Positions 29,125 through 39,674 of a DNA stretch of 55,473 bases are shown here, piece after piece. The stretch is from an uncultured virus (IMG/VR IMGVR_UViG_3300026522_000616) (taxonomy: Duplodnaviria > Heunggongvirae > Uroviricota > Caudoviricetes). Position 1 is the first letter of the stretch. The number at the start of each line of letters is the position of its first letter. The notes under the pieces were generated by a model. The model saw only the letters and a program-made list of their open reading frames with translations, had not been told where the DNA came from and did no database searches. A program made the translations under genes and the position numbers. The DNA lies in the IMG/VR virus record IMGVR_UViG_3300026522_000616. One strand, 5' to 3'.

Positions 29125-30184
29125 ATGAAAGAATTTGAGATTGATAACAAGACAATTGTATTTAATGGATTTGAAGATGAAGCAGTTATTGATAAAAAGT
29201 TCGCAGAAAACTTTTTGAATTATGCAGAAGAAAAAAAAGAAGAAAAAGATGGTGTAATTGAAAAAGTAACTATTACTAAAGTAGATGAAAAGAATGCAGA
29301 TATTGATATTAAATATGTGCAGGATAAACCAAAAATTGAGAGAATTAGACGTATCACGGGTTATTCCCTGTAAGAAAAGCCCATCAACTGTTGTAAATGT
29401 ATTTTGAATAGTACAGTTTCCATAATTGGATACCTAATAAGGTTCAGAAATAAAAAAATGATTATGGAGGTATCAAGGGAGATATGAGTAATCATATTAA
29501 TCGTGAGTTTAGAAAAATTAAATCATTACAATTTTTATATGAAGTGAATGATGATGGAACAATTTTGAGAAATGTAAAATCCAAGAAACATATTAAAATT
29601 ATATTAGATTATCATCATTCAAAAAATGGTTATTATGTAGCTTTTGTTAATTTAAAAGGTAAAGTGCATCGAGTACCAATGCATAGAATTGTTGCAGAAT
29701 GTTGGCTTGGCGATAGACCTGAAGGTTATGAAATAGACCATATTGACAGAAACACGCATAATAATAAATATACAAATCTAAGATATGTGACTCATAGTGT
29801 ACAAATGAAAAATCGTGCATTAACAGAAAAAATGATTAATGTAATATTAACTAATTGGAGTAATGCACGCAAAATAAGAATGAAACCTATCATATTAATG
29901 AAAGAAAATTTTAAACAAAAGTTTGAATCAATGTCTGAATGTGCAAGGTTTTTGAGTAATGAATATAATAAATCATTTGAACATATGAGAGGAAAATTGA
30001 AGTCACATAGAAAACATATTTATGAATATGATGTGATTTATCTAAATGCAGAGACTAAACACAACGACCCACAGAGGTAAGAAATAGTCCATTTTATGAA
30101 AGTAAGATGTATCTTACAGGAGATTTAACCACATGGAATAATGCTAAACGTCATGAAGTTGAAGAACGTGTTAAGCATTTTTAA
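29125..30184 (+). CDS. separate NrdD glycyl-radical subunit; exons 29125-29361 and 30110-30184
   Basis: Spliced product ..IERIRRITG|YLTGDLTTWNNAKRHEVEERVKHF. Confidence 0.88.
29362..30109 (+). mobile_element. group I intron 5 with HNH ORF
   Basis: IGS TAAGA..GCCC pairs with both exons; GCAGAGACTA and AAATAGTCC; terminal G. Confidence 0.85.
29484..30080 (+). CDS. intron-encoded HNH endonuclease
   Basis: MHRIVA..EIDHIDRNTHNN..NLRY. Confidence 0.9.
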   Translation: MSNHINREFRKIKSLQFLYEVNDDGTILRNVKSKKHIKIILDYHHSKNGYYVAFVNLKGKVHRVPMHRIVAECWLGDRPEGYEIDHIDRNTHNNKYTNLRYVTHSVQMKNRALTEKMINVILTNWSNARKIRMKPIILMKENFKQKFESMSECARFLSNEYNKSFEHMRGKLKSHRKHIYEYDVIYLNAETKHNDPQR

Positions 30185-30334
30185 TAAATTTAAAAAAACT
30201 AGCTAATTATTAGCTAGTTTTTTATCCTATTATATTTATATAATAAATAGAAAATGTATGATTAAAAATTATATATTTCAAACTAAAAGTTATTTTTTGT
30301 ATAGGTAAATATAATTTTCAAGAGGTAACAGTAT

Positions 30335-30631
30335 ATGAAATTGCAAGTAAAATGGCAAGATTTAGATATGTCTCGTTCGTCTATTATGGGATTATTTGAC
30401 GGTAAATATATTAATGCAGTAAGCCAATTAGGAGAAGAATTTTTTTTAGGATTTGGTCATGATAGACATTATAATAAAATTATATTTATACAATCACAAT
30501 TAAATGAAACATATATAAAAATTTGTGATACGAAAATGCAAATGGAACAAATAGCTAGTAAATTTGCATATGCATTACAAAATAATACCAGTCAAGAAAT
30601 ATTAAAATGCTTTGATTTTAAAAAAATATAA
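30335..30631 (+). CDS. hypothetical protein
   Basis: GAGG RBS. Confidence 0.7.
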   Translation: MKLQVKWQDLDMSRSSIMGLFDGKYINAVSQLGEEFFLGFGHDRHYNKIIFIQSQLNETYIKICDTKMQMEQIASKFAYALQNNTSQEILKCFDFKKI

Positions 30632-30646
30632 TAAAGGAGAGTTTAC

Positions 30647-31135
30647 ATGAAAAGATTAATTGCAGAAGAAGAAAAACCAATTGTATTTTCTAGGGAAGAT
30701 GTGCTAAAACTATGCGAAGCAGCAGAAAAGGACGTTGAAATAGCTAGTGAAGTTGCTACGGAATTGATTGATAAAGATAGAGCATATGAAGAAATATCAG
30801 ATTATCAAGTCGAAGAAAAAATATTATCAACATTAGATGATTGCGATAATTTCTATGAATGTTTGTGTGAAATTTTACCTAAATATACAAATGACGATAT
30901 AGATGATGTGTCTGGTGAAATGATGGATAATATTGTATTATTATCTGTTGCTATGGGTGATAAACCAAATACTTATGATAATATTCAAGAATTGGTTTAT
31001 GATGCAGGTGCTTCAGGCTTACCTGATATTGATAATTATGTTCGCGAACATAATTATCAATGTTGGCTTCTAAAGAAGGAAGCAAAAGAAGAAGAAGAAT
31101 ATTGGGATAACGAATGGCATAGAATGAAATTATAA
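30647..31135 (+). CDS. acidic protein with MKRLIA leader
   Basis: AAGGAG RBS. Confidence 0.8.
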   Translation: MKRLIAEEEKPIVFSREDVLKLCEAAEKDVEIASEVATELIDKDRAYEEISDYQVEEKILSTLDDCDNFYECLCEILPKYTNDDIDDVSGEMMDNIVLLSVAMGDKPNTYDNIQELVYDAGASGLPDIDNYVREHNYQCWLLKKEAKEEEEYWDNEWHRMKL

Positions 31136-31152
31136 TATAAATTGTTCAATAG

Positions 31153-31670
31153 TTCAGTAACCCACGAATAAATTCGTGGGATTGTGGTAGAAATATCACA
31201 ATCCCTTGCTGAATAGCCTAAGTCTTTATATATAAAATAAATTTATAGAAAGAGAGTGTATCAAATCATGTATGCAATTTCATTTGATTTTAATTCTAAT
31301 GAGCTAAAGAAGGAATATGGAGATACTAGTAAAGCCTATAATGAGATAGAAGAGGAACTTGCAAAGTTTGATTTTGTATGGCTAAATGGAAGTGTATATG
31401 TCAACTATCACGGAAAAAATAGTCTAGTATATGTATACAAAGTAATTAATAGACTATCTACGCTATACTGGTTTAAGAAAAGTGTACGTGATATAATAGT
31501 ATTCAAAATAGAAAATTTGTCTAATTTTACTTCTATTGTGAAGTGACAAAAAGCTAACAAAGGGAGCAGAATTAAGATTTTCTATATTCTTAATAATATC
31601 ACAAAAAAAAGGAGGAGCGTTGTTTCCTCCCACGATTAAAATCGTGGGAGGAAACAACGCAAAATCTATG
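31153..31670 (+). mobile_element. IscB-type transposon ends carrying vapD
   Basis: CCCACGA/TCGTGGG hairpin at both ends; omega-RNA 5' stub ending TAGCCTAAG. Confidence 0.7.
31268..31546 (+). CDS. vapD: VapD (Cas2-like) nuclease
   Basis: MYAISFD..L...Y...AY.EI...L..F..GSVY..WFKKSVRDI..F.IE..S.FT. Confidence 0.88.
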   Translation: MYAISFDFNSNELKKEYGDTSKAYNEIEEELAKFDFVWLNGSVYVNYHGKNSLVYVYKVINRLSTLYWFKKSVRDIIVFKIENLSNFTSIVK

Positions 31671-31770
31671 AACAAAATGATAAATTTGATTATGAAGAAA
31701 ATGAAAAACCATATGAAGATGATATAGAAAAATTTACACATAAAAATATTATGCTAGAAGGAATGATGTT

Positions 31771-31992
31771 ATGAAATCACGTTTAATTAAAGCAGATTCA
31801 GATGTAATGAACCAAGTAGTACTTGCACAAGATAGAGTTTGGGAAATAATATGTGGATTACGACGTGCTTTAGATGAAGCAGAAGAAAAGGATAAGGAAT
31901 TAAGAAAACAAGATTCACATTCACAAGAAACACTAGATGGTTATCTTGAATTAGAAAAGAAATTATCTGAAATTAGAACCACATATAATTAA
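31771..31992 (+). CDS. small protein with MKSRLIKA leader
   Basis: GAAGG RBS. Confidence 0.7.
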   Translation: MKSRLIKADSDVMNQVVLAQDRVWEIICGLRRALDEAEEKDKELRKQDSHSQETLDGYLELEKKLSEIRTTYN

Positions 31993-32009
31993 TAAGGAGT
32001 GTAATTATA

Positions 32010-32198
32010 ATGGAATATAATAAAATTAAAAAAACAGATACAATTGAAGTTGTTAATGCTAAATTAAAAACTTCTGAATATAAAGATATGGATAATGTAG
32101 CTATCGCACACATGTTAGTTGATATGAATTATCCATTGGACTTTAATGTTTTTGAAATTCGTGGTCAACAAATTGAACGAAAGATTGTATCGGATTAA
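32010..32198 (+). CDS. hypothetical protein
   Basis: AAGGAG RBS. Confidence 0.7.
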   Translation: MEYNKIKKTDTIEVVNAKLKTSEYKDMDNVAIAHMLVDMNYPLDFNVFEIRGQQIERKIVSD

Positions 32199-32582
32199 CT
32201 GAGACAATATTATATTTGTTATAGGAGTTTATTAATGGAAAATTTATTTGCTTTAACTATAATTTTCATAGTGATTGACATTTTCCTTTTTATTATGTTA
32301 TTTCAATTGGCAAAGACGGTAAAAAATCTCGCAAGCTGTTTACCAATCATTCGGAAGGAACTTACCGACCATCAATGCCGTATTGAAATTATCGAAAGAG
32401 ATATGAAAAAATAATCAAAAGCTAACCTTAATTGGTTAGTTTTTTTGTAAATATTTTTATGATGATACAGTCTATGGATAAGTAAAACAAAAGCAGGCAT
32501 TAAATACCTGCTTTTTTGTTGACAAAAAATAGAAAATGATGTATCATTAATAATAAAATAAAATGTAAGTAGGTATAAATCA

Positions 32583-33104
32583 ATGAAGAATAATATAAAT
32601 AATTATAGGAAAGAATTAACAGGTTATTGTAAAGAAAGCATTGCAAGTGCTACATATAATGAGTGGCATTTTAAGTATTTACAAGAAAAATTGAAAAATG
32701 AAATTTTACGAGTAAGATTAAAAAATTGCAAAGAAGATAATAAACAAATTAAAAATCGTTATATTAGTTGTATAAAATTTTTGTTACATGATAGGCAAGA
32801 TAAATTAAAAGTACGTTCTATGAATGATATTGTATGGGATTTGGATAATAGTATATCATTGTTAATGGGTGATATACTAATACGCTTTACAAAGAATGTA
32901 CAAGGTATCCCGAAAGATTTTATAGATAAATACAAAGATGGTGAAATAGCGTTTAATGAATGGATAAAAACAATAAATAAAATGGCACAATCGTTTTATC
33001 TAATACATGATAAAGATTCTATGGATATAACAGAAGAAGAAAATAAAACTATTCAAGAAGGATTAAATTTATTTGCTAAACATTTCCGTGATTTATGGTG
33101 TTAA
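32583..33104 (+). CDS. hypothetical protein
   Basis: C-terminal W...I.KM..SF..EGL.LF..F.DLW pattern common in phage hypotheticals. Confidence 0.75.
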   Translation: MKNNINNYRKELTGYCKESIASATYNEWHFKYLQEKLKNEILRVRLKNCKEDNKQIKNRYISCIKFLLHDRQDKLKVRSMNDIVWDLDNSISLLMGDILIRFTKNVQGIPKDFIDKYKDGEIAFNEWIKTINKMAQSFYLIHDKDSMDITEEENKTIQEGLNLFAKHFRDLWC

Positions 33105-33254
33105 TGAATGGTTTTATAAATTTTAATTCAATCAAAACTTTAATTTAATTAAGTTCCAAAGTATGTATATTTGCCATTATGTTAATTATTATATTGGTGA
33201 GAAAACAGTTTTTTAATATTTATTGTTAATTAACAACGTGCGGGTGAATACAAA

Positions 33255-33491
33255 ATGAATGCAAATAAAGATTTTAATGTTGTTGATAATGCGGTGTCTA
33301 TAGGGAATCTTTCTTTTGATAATATTGATAGTTTACTTAGCCATACGAATACTGTCCTTGATATAAATCATAAATTATATGAAACAACAAAAGATGGATT
33401 GGGAAGTATTATTAAGGTGGTTGGTTTTTGCGCTAATGCTACGGTTGCTTTATTCTTAATTCTGTTATTTGTTGCTTTATTCATTTTATGA
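33255..33491 (+). CDS. small membrane protein
   Basis: C-terminal TM. Confidence 0.6.
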   Translation: MNANKDFNVVDNAVSIGNLSFDNIDSLLSHTNTVLDINHKLYETTKDGLGSIIKVVGFCANATVALFLILLFVALFIL

Positions 33492-33535
33492 ATATAATAG
33501 ATATAGAATTTAGCGAAAGGAATTGAAAATTTTAA

Positions 33536-33916
33536 ATGAAACGTAGATTGGTAAAAGCTACAGAAAATTCAGATAATGTTTTTTCTCTTTTTAAAAATCT
33601 TATTTCAGTAGAAGAAATTTCAGATGAATTAAACGATTTGTATTCTGCATGGAATGAAGCTTCTAATGATAATCAACAAATAGATGAAATAAAATTTTCG
33701 TCTGTTGATGAATGGTTTGATAATTTTTATACTTCTATTGTTGAGGATTTAATTATTAAAGCCAAGGAAGATTTTGAATTTGAGGATAAATATAATAATC
33801 TTTCAACAGACGAACAGGATGAGTTGAAAGAAGATATTCAAAACTATATTCTTAATTCAAAAAGTGATGTTGTTGAAAACCTTCAATCAAAAGATAATGA
33901 TGAAGATTTTAATTAA
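33536..33916 (+). CDS. acidic protein with MKRRLVKA leader
   Basis: ORF. Confidence 0.78.
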   Translation: MKRRLVKATENSDNVFSLFKNLISVEEISDELNDLYSAWNEASNDNQQIDEIKFSSVDEWFDNFYTSIVEDLIIKAKEDFEFEDKYNNLSTDEQDELKEDIQNYILNSKSDVVENLQSKDNDEDFN

Positions 33917-33931
33917 GGGGAAAAATATAAA

Positions 33932-34219
33932 ATGAATAATTATATTTCTAGTGGTGTAGATTATGAAATGATTTCCGAAAAGGAATTTAATGATTATGAA
34001 CAGAAATATCGTATGAATAAAAATTCTATTCCACGAGAATGTTATGTAGCAAAAACGGATAATGGTACATATTTAGCTATGGATAATTCCAATGGGGAAT
34101 GTTTTGTAGATGAATTTACTTCTAAAGTTTTAGTAGATGAATTTTTTACGGATAATTTGGGATATGATGATGATTATTCCAATATGGAAAAAATAGGAAC
34201 GAAAAAACTTTATTACTAA
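33932..34219 (+). CDS. hypothetical protein
   Basis: GGGG RBS. Confidence 0.72.
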   Translation: MNNYISSGVDYEMISEKEFNDYEQKYRMNKNSIPRECYVAKTDNGTYLAMDNSNGECFVDEFTSKVLVDEFFTDNLGYDDDYSNMEKIGTKKLYY

Positions 34220-34392
34220 TATATAGGTCACTTGAAATATAGTGACCTTTTTCTATTGACTTTTTTAATGTTTGATATAATAAAGATAAAAGTTTTTCAA
34301 CAAGATATTCAAAAAAGTGTTGACAAATCATTTTAAATATGGTAACATATAAGTACAAGGAAAATATTAAGACATTAAAGGAGAGGTCAATA

Positions 34393-35253
34393 ATGGATAA
34401 TCAGATGTATCGTTTGGCAAGAATTGAAGTTCCTGCATTTACGGAGCTTAAAAAAATGGTTTATGACGCAAATGGTAAAATTACAGAGAATACTGTTCAT
34501 CGTTCTGCACTTTTTAGTCGTATGTTTAGTGATGACCCAAGGGCAACGTCGTGTGAACGTTTCGTGTTTGCTCGTAAGTCCGATGTTTATTGCATTAATG
34601 TTCCTAAACGTGGTGTTATTGCGTATAAACTGAATGATGAAGGAAATAGATTTGTGGAATGTGGTAAATACAAGACGTTCAAAGAGAATTTTTCCAATTC
34701 TGAAATCAAGAAGGAAGTCGCAAAGGAACTGACTTTACAGAAACTTACAGGTCATAAAGCCATTACCATTTCTAATTCCAATTTTCAGAATGCAGAAAAT
34801 GTGGAATTGAAGGTAAAGAATGGTGATATGGAGTTTGAGTGTTTGAAACATGATGAATACATTAATTGTGTTCATTATATGTATATTCCCATTCGCAAGG
34901 CAGACGGTACTGTTGAACTTCGTCAGCTTCCATATGGGCAGATGCTTTATCGCTTGACGGATACACCTGCTAATCGTAACAGCTATCTTGCAATTCCGAA
35001 AAACACACCTTTTATTACGAAAGTATTCTTGAAAGAGGATGAAAGTTTTGGCAAGATGAATTTGTGGTATAAAGGTGGTAATGTTATTAAAGACATTGAT
35101 GAAAAAGACTTTATGAAGGGTGACAATTGGGATATTGTTGAAAAAATGGCAATAGATGAAAGCGACTTTAAAACGGTTGACTTTACTGATGATAATACCG
35201 AGTTTTATATGGTATACACAGGTGTTATGGAAGAAGAAAAAGATAACTATTAA
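34393..35253 (+). CDS. hypothetical protein behind tandem sigma70 promoters
   Basis: AGGAGAGG RBS. Confidence 0.85.
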   Translation: MDNQMYRLARIEVPAFTELKKMVYDANGKITENTVHRSALFSRMFSDDPRATSCERFVFARKSDVYCINVPKRGVIAYKLNDEGNRFVECGKYKTFKENFSNSEIKKEVAKELTLQKLTGHKAITISNSNFQNAENVELKVKNGDMEFECLKHDEYINCVHYMYIPIRKADGTVELRQLPYGQMLYRLTDTPANRNSYLAIPKNTPFITKVFLKEDESFGKMNLWYKGGNVIKDIDEKDFMKGDNWDIVEKMAIDESDFKTVDFTDDNTEFYMVYTGVMEEEKDNY

Positions 35254-35292
35254 GTCAACTACCCCCCTGCTCAAAAGAGCAGGGGATTTTTT
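35254..35292 (+). terminator. IscB-end-like hairpin positioned as a terminator
   Basis: GTCAACTACCCCCCTGCTC-AAAA-GAGCAGGGG plus T run. Confidence 0.6.
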
Positions 35293-35354
35293 ATATAGAT
35301 AAAACAAACATTTTTTTATATAGTTTTAATATGTATTATTTAGATGAATAAAAA

Positions 35355-35930
35355 TTGGTGGTGATATATATTATGTTAGTTTCTGATACATATAAAAAAG
35401 ACGAACAACAGAATGAAAGCAATCCTGATACAAAAGAAAATGGTCAAGAACCGAATGTTTTAGATGTAATACAACAACAAGTGACGGAACATCAAGAAGC
35501 GATAGATTTGCTACAAGAACAATATCGCGTTATAAAAGAACAAGTAGAAGGAATAGATAGTAAAATTACTAGAGTAATGAATTCTGTTGATTATATACAA
35601 GAATATTTTATGAAATCAAACATTACAGATGTTCAGCTAAGAGATATAAAAAATTCATTGAATGAATTTGTCATTAGTCAACGTAGAGAAAATAAAAATT
35701 TGAAAAATGACATAAACGAATTGAAAATATTAAAAGATGATATAGACAAAATGTATTGGGATATTATATCTCTTAAAGAAAATGGTATTCCTTTGACTAA
35801 TGCACGTATAGCTACCAATGAAGAAAATGTAAATAATAATAATATTCGTTTATCAGATGTATTGGTAAATATAGAAAAAATTAATGATGAAATTAAGTAT
35901 ATAGAACAACGGATGAAGGAGGTGGATTGA
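35355..35930 (+). CDS. coiled-coil protein, possibly structural
   Basis: Heptads; abuts next gene. Confidence 0.75.
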   Translation: MVVIYIMLVSDTYKKDEQQNESNPDTKENGQEPNVLDVIQQQVTEHQEAIDLLQEQYRVIKEQVEGIDSKITRVMNSVDYIQEYFMKSNITDVQLRDIKNSLNEFVISQRRENKNLKNDINELKILKDDIDKMYWDIISLKENGIPLTNARIATNEENVNNNNIRLSDVLVNIEKINDEIKYIEQRMKEVD

Positions 35931-35931
35931 A

Positions 35932-37182
35932 TTGGCTACATTACAAAGTAAAAACGTTAATATTGTACTTGATTCAAATAATGATATAGATTTATATGAT
36001 GAACAAATAGATACGAACAAAAGTGTTTCAGAACAAAATAAAAAAGATATAGCTATATTAAAAGGTTTGATAGCTAATAATGACTCTGAAATTACATTAG
36101 TAAAAAGTCAAGTAACTGCTTTAAAAAACGCACAACCTGTTTTAATACAAGCAGAAGTAGATAAAATACGTAAAGATATAGATAATGCTACAAAAATAGC
36201 AAATACGAATACAACGAATTTAACAAACCTTACAAATCAAGTTCATACCAACACTACAAATATTTCCAATACAACAAATAATTTAACGAATTTAACAACA
36301 GTTGTTAAAAAAATAGACCAAGCAACTACAGGTGGTACATATACTGGCGGTACTGGTGGCGGTTCAGGTAGTGGAACCGGATTAGATACTAAAATAGCCA
36401 ATTTAAATACTAGATTAACTAATGATGAATCTGATATAAATCAATTAAAAATAGATGTAAGTAACAATAAAACATCTATTGGTAATTTATCAAATCAGTT
36501 ATCTTCATTTAAAACAAATGTAAATAGTAGTATTACAAATATTAATAATAAAAATGGAATACAAGATGGTCGTTTAACGTCACTAGAAAATAAAATAAAT
36601 AGTTTAAATACACAATTAAATGGTTCTGGTGGCAGTTCTTCAAGCGGAAGTATTCAATCACAAATTGATAGTATAAAATCTGATATAAATACAATAAATA
36701 ATACAACAATATCATCTATTAACAATTTAACAAATAATGCTTATAATAAAGCATTATCTGCGGTTAATACAATTAATAATACAATTAATCCAAAATTAAC
36801 AGATTTAACTTCTCAATTAAACGATGTTGAAAATGATATAGATAGTATAATTATACCTAAAATTAATACAAATACTACAAATATTACAAATAATACAAAT
36901 GCCATTAATGCTTTAAAAAAAGTTATAAAACCAAATGTAAATGTACAAGATAAAACTATTAATGCGGGTGGAAATACCACTATTAATTATGATAGCACAA
37001 TGGATTTATATTCCATGCAAATAAAAGTACTTGTTAAAGATACTATATCTGGTTCACGTACTATTAATAAATATATTAATGCAGAAGGTGTTTGTACATT
37101 AGCATACAATAGTAAAAATTCCATTACATTATATAACGATGCAGATGTACAATTGGATTTTAAAATTATTGTATCTATTTAA
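35932..37182 (+). CDS. fibre-like coiled-coil virion protein
   Basis: N/T/I-rich heptads with Gly/Ser hinges and a small C-terminal beta domain. Confidence 0.65.
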   Translation: MATLQSKNVNIVLDSNNDIDLYDEQIDTNKSVSEQNKKDIAILKGLIANNDSEITLVKSQVTALKNAQPVLIQAEVDKIRKDIDNATKIANTNTTNLTNLTNQVHTNTTNISNTTNNLTNLTTVVKKIDQATTGGTYTGGTGGGSGSGTGLDTKIANLNTRLTNDESDINQLKIDVSNNKTSIGNLSNQLSSFKTNVNSSITNINNKNGIQDGRLTSLENKINSLNTQLNGSGGSSSSGSIQSQIDSIKSDINTINNTTISSINNLTNNAYNKALSAVNTINNTINPKLTDLTSQLNDVENDIDSIIIPKINTNTTNITNNTNAINALKKVIKPNVNVQDKTINAGGNTTINYDSTMDLYSMQIKVLVKDTISGSRTINKYINAEGVCTLAYNSKNSITLYNDADVQLDFKIIVSI

Positions 37183-37294
37183 TTATTATTAGTATAGTAT
37201 ACAAAAACGTGATTTTATTTAATTTTTTATATATGTTAATTGTAGATAAAAAACTTTTTTAATTGTTTCTTTTATAAGAAACGGAGGTTATATA

Positions 37295-37912
37295 ATGAGA
37301 CAAGTTACATTAGATGAAGTTTATCAGTTGGCTTCTGATGCTCGTCAGGCTATTTGGAATATTGCAGGTCAGTATGGACGTGAACCAAAAATTTATTTGC
37401 ATTGGTCAGCAGGACGTTATGATACTTGTTTTGATGATTACCATATTAACATTACAGGTGATGGTTCTATTTATGTAGCTACAGATGATTTATCAGAAGT
37501 GTTAAATCATACGTGGCGTAGAAATAGTGGTGCTATTGGAATTAGTCTTTGTTGCGCTTATGGTGCTACAACAAATGATTTAGGCTCTTATGCTCCTACG
37601 GCAGACCAAATTGAGGTTATGGCACAAGTAATTTGGAAAGTAGCAGACGCACTTTGGCTTACGATTGATACAGACCATGTTATGACACATGGAGAAGCAG
37701 CAGATAGTATTGATGGAATATATACATATTCAGAAGATGATTGTTACGGACCACAGTATACTGTTGAAAGATGGGATTTACAGTATTTAGGAACAGAAGA
37801 AAGTTCTTATTATACATCAGACCATAGCGACCCTGTAACGGGCGGCAATGTACTTCGTGGCAAAGCTACATGGTATAAACAACAATACGATAGCGAACAA
37901 AATCAAGAATAA
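37295..37912 (+). CDS. N-acetylmuramoyl-L-alanine amidase (Amidase_2-like), endolysin candidate
   Basis: IYLHWSAG, YHINI, HTWRRNSGAIGI, VMTHGE. Confidence 0.85.
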   Translation: MRQVTLDEVYQLASDARQAIWNIAGQYGREPKIYLHWSAGRYDTCFDDYHINITGDGSIYVATDDLSEVLNHTWRRNSGAIGISLCCAYGATTNDLGSYAPTADQIEVMAQVIWKVADALWLTIDTDHVMTHGEAADSIDGIYTYSEDDCYGPQYTVERWDLQYLGTEESSYYTSDHSDPVTGGNVLRGKATWYKQQYDSEQNQE

Positions 37913-38020
37913 TATATAAAAACTAACCAATATTGGTTAGTTTTTTTGATTGACATATAATAAAATAATGTGATATAATATCAATAAAAGTCAATCAACT
38001 TAAAAAGGATATGTGTTCGT

Positions 38021-38446
38021 GTGACAAAAAAAGATAAAAAGTTTATGCGTATTGCCGAAGCCGTTTCTAAAACATCTACTTTTAGAACAACTATGCAACA
38101 TAGAATTGTACATATAGGCGCAGTTATTGTAAAGAAAAATCGCATTATTTCTGTTGGTAAAAATAGTAAAAAGACCCATCCCATACAAAAATATTACGAT
38201 AGATATTTAAGTTATTATAATGATGTAAAATTTCAACATCACATTCATGCAGAAATTTCTGCAATTGTTAATTCAAATGAAGATTTATATGGTTGTACTA
38301 TGTATATTTATCGTTGTGATGCTACTGAAAAATGGTTAAAATGTTGTAGACCATGTAATGCTTGTTACACACTAATTAAAAAAGTTGGTATTAAACGAAT
38401 CGTATATACAATTAATAATGGATATGCAGAGGAAATTATTAAGTGA
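38021..38446 (+). CDS. zinc-dependent cytidine/dCMP deaminase-family protein
   Basis: IGAVIV, HAE, PCNAC. Confidence 0.85.
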   Translation: MTKKDKKFMRIAEAVSKTSTFRTTMQHRIVHIGAVIVKKNRIISVGKNSKKTHPIQKYYDRYLSYYNDVKFQHHIHAEISAIVNSNEDLYGCTMYIYRCDATEKWLKCCRPCNACYTLIKKVGIKRIVYTINNGYAEEIIK

Positions 38447-39282
38447 AAAATAGAAAATTAAATTATATAAAAAATGTTTTTGATAGTATGGAAATTGCAA
38501 ATTATTTCCATACTGTTTTTGATATAAATAATTTTAATAATATTCTAAAAAATGGTTTAGCTTTAAAAGAAAATAATCAAGAAAATAATCAAACTTTTTA
38601 TTATAATTTGAAAAAATATAATCAATTTAATAATTGTTCACTAAAACATTTTTTTGCTCTTATAAAAGATACCCCCCTATCAAAAAAAATGGAATTTGAA
38701 ATTAGTAAAAAATATAATCAGAAAATACCTTATTCATTAATAGTTAATTATGTTGAGAATGATTATATATGTAATAATGCTTGTACCAATTGGTTAAAAG
38801 ATATAATGAAGTATATGCGCGATAATCCATTATATACAAAAAAGTATTGTGGTTTCGGCAATATAAATGAAATTAAAGATATAAAAGAATTATATACATA
38901 TAATGATTCTATAGGTCAAGTGGTTAAAATTAATAGACAATTAGATTTTGATACAAGAGACAATGGATGGATTTATATCAAGCCAAATATATATTTAGAA
39001 ACAAAACAAAAAGAATCACATACAAAATGTTTATTGCGTTGGTGTAATAATAATCATATTGATTTTATATCAGATAAAAGACAAGTTAGATTAGATAAAA
39101 ATGAATTAAAAGATATAAATATTCATTCTTGTGCGTTTGGTCATAAAGTCAATCAACTTGCCTTTATTGAAACTATGCAAGGTATATCATTATATAAACT
39201 TATAAATAAATTAAAAGATGTTGGATATAAAAAAATATATTTATATAATAATAAAAATAGATTTGTTAAAAGAATTGTATAA
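38443..39282 (+). CDS. distant paralog of the 19.3-21.8 kb repeat domain
   Basis: DSIG..DFD..H..FG..AFIET..LKDVGYKKIY..KRIV. Confidence 0.7.
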   Translation: MKNRKLNYIKNVFDSMEIANYFHTVFDINNFNNILKNGLALKENNQENNQTFYYNLKKYNQFNNCSLKHFFALIKDTPLSKKMEFEISKKYNQKIPYSLIVNYVENDYICNNACTNWLKDIMKYMRDNPLYTKKYCGFGNINEIKDIKELYTYNDSIGQVVKINRQLDFDTRDNGWIYIKPNIYLETKQKESHTKCLLRWCNNNHIDFISDKRQVRLDKNELKDINIHSCAFGHKVNQLAFIETMQGISLYKLINKLKDVGYKKIYLYNNKNRFVKRIV

Positions 39283-39287
39283 TTTTG

Positions 39288-39470
39288 CCACCCCCCCATG
39301 CTGATTTTCTTGAATTAGAAAAAAAATAATTTTTAAAAATTTTTTAAGCTATTTTATTATAAATTGATTAACTTAATTTTTGAAACAAATTTATACTACC
39401 CCCCCTCCTGATTTTTTGACCCCCCCATACCTAAATTTTTGATTTTCAAAAAAAAGCAGTTTTTAATATT
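39288..39470. repeat. three C7 tracts with imperfect direct repeats
   Basis: C7 at 39291, 39399 and 39420, each followed by CT(G/A)A-T-rich sequence. Confidence 0.65.
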
Positions 39471-39674
39471 GCTCAAAGATATACTTTTATTGTATTATTG
39501 ATAATAATTATCATATGCCATATAATAAAACATTTTACAAAAAAAGGTCAAAACAACAATTTGTAAAATGTTTTATATAGAAGTATAACATAAAACATTT
39601 TACAAAAAAATTATCTTGACATATATATGGATTTTTGATAAAATCATAGTAGGTTTAATAGGGAGGTAATTTGT

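Noticed and set aside
34735..35307. 190-aa minus-strand ORF and similar shadows (20640-21122, 18420-18695, 49395-49811)
   Set aside because: Overlap better-supported genes and lack RBSs
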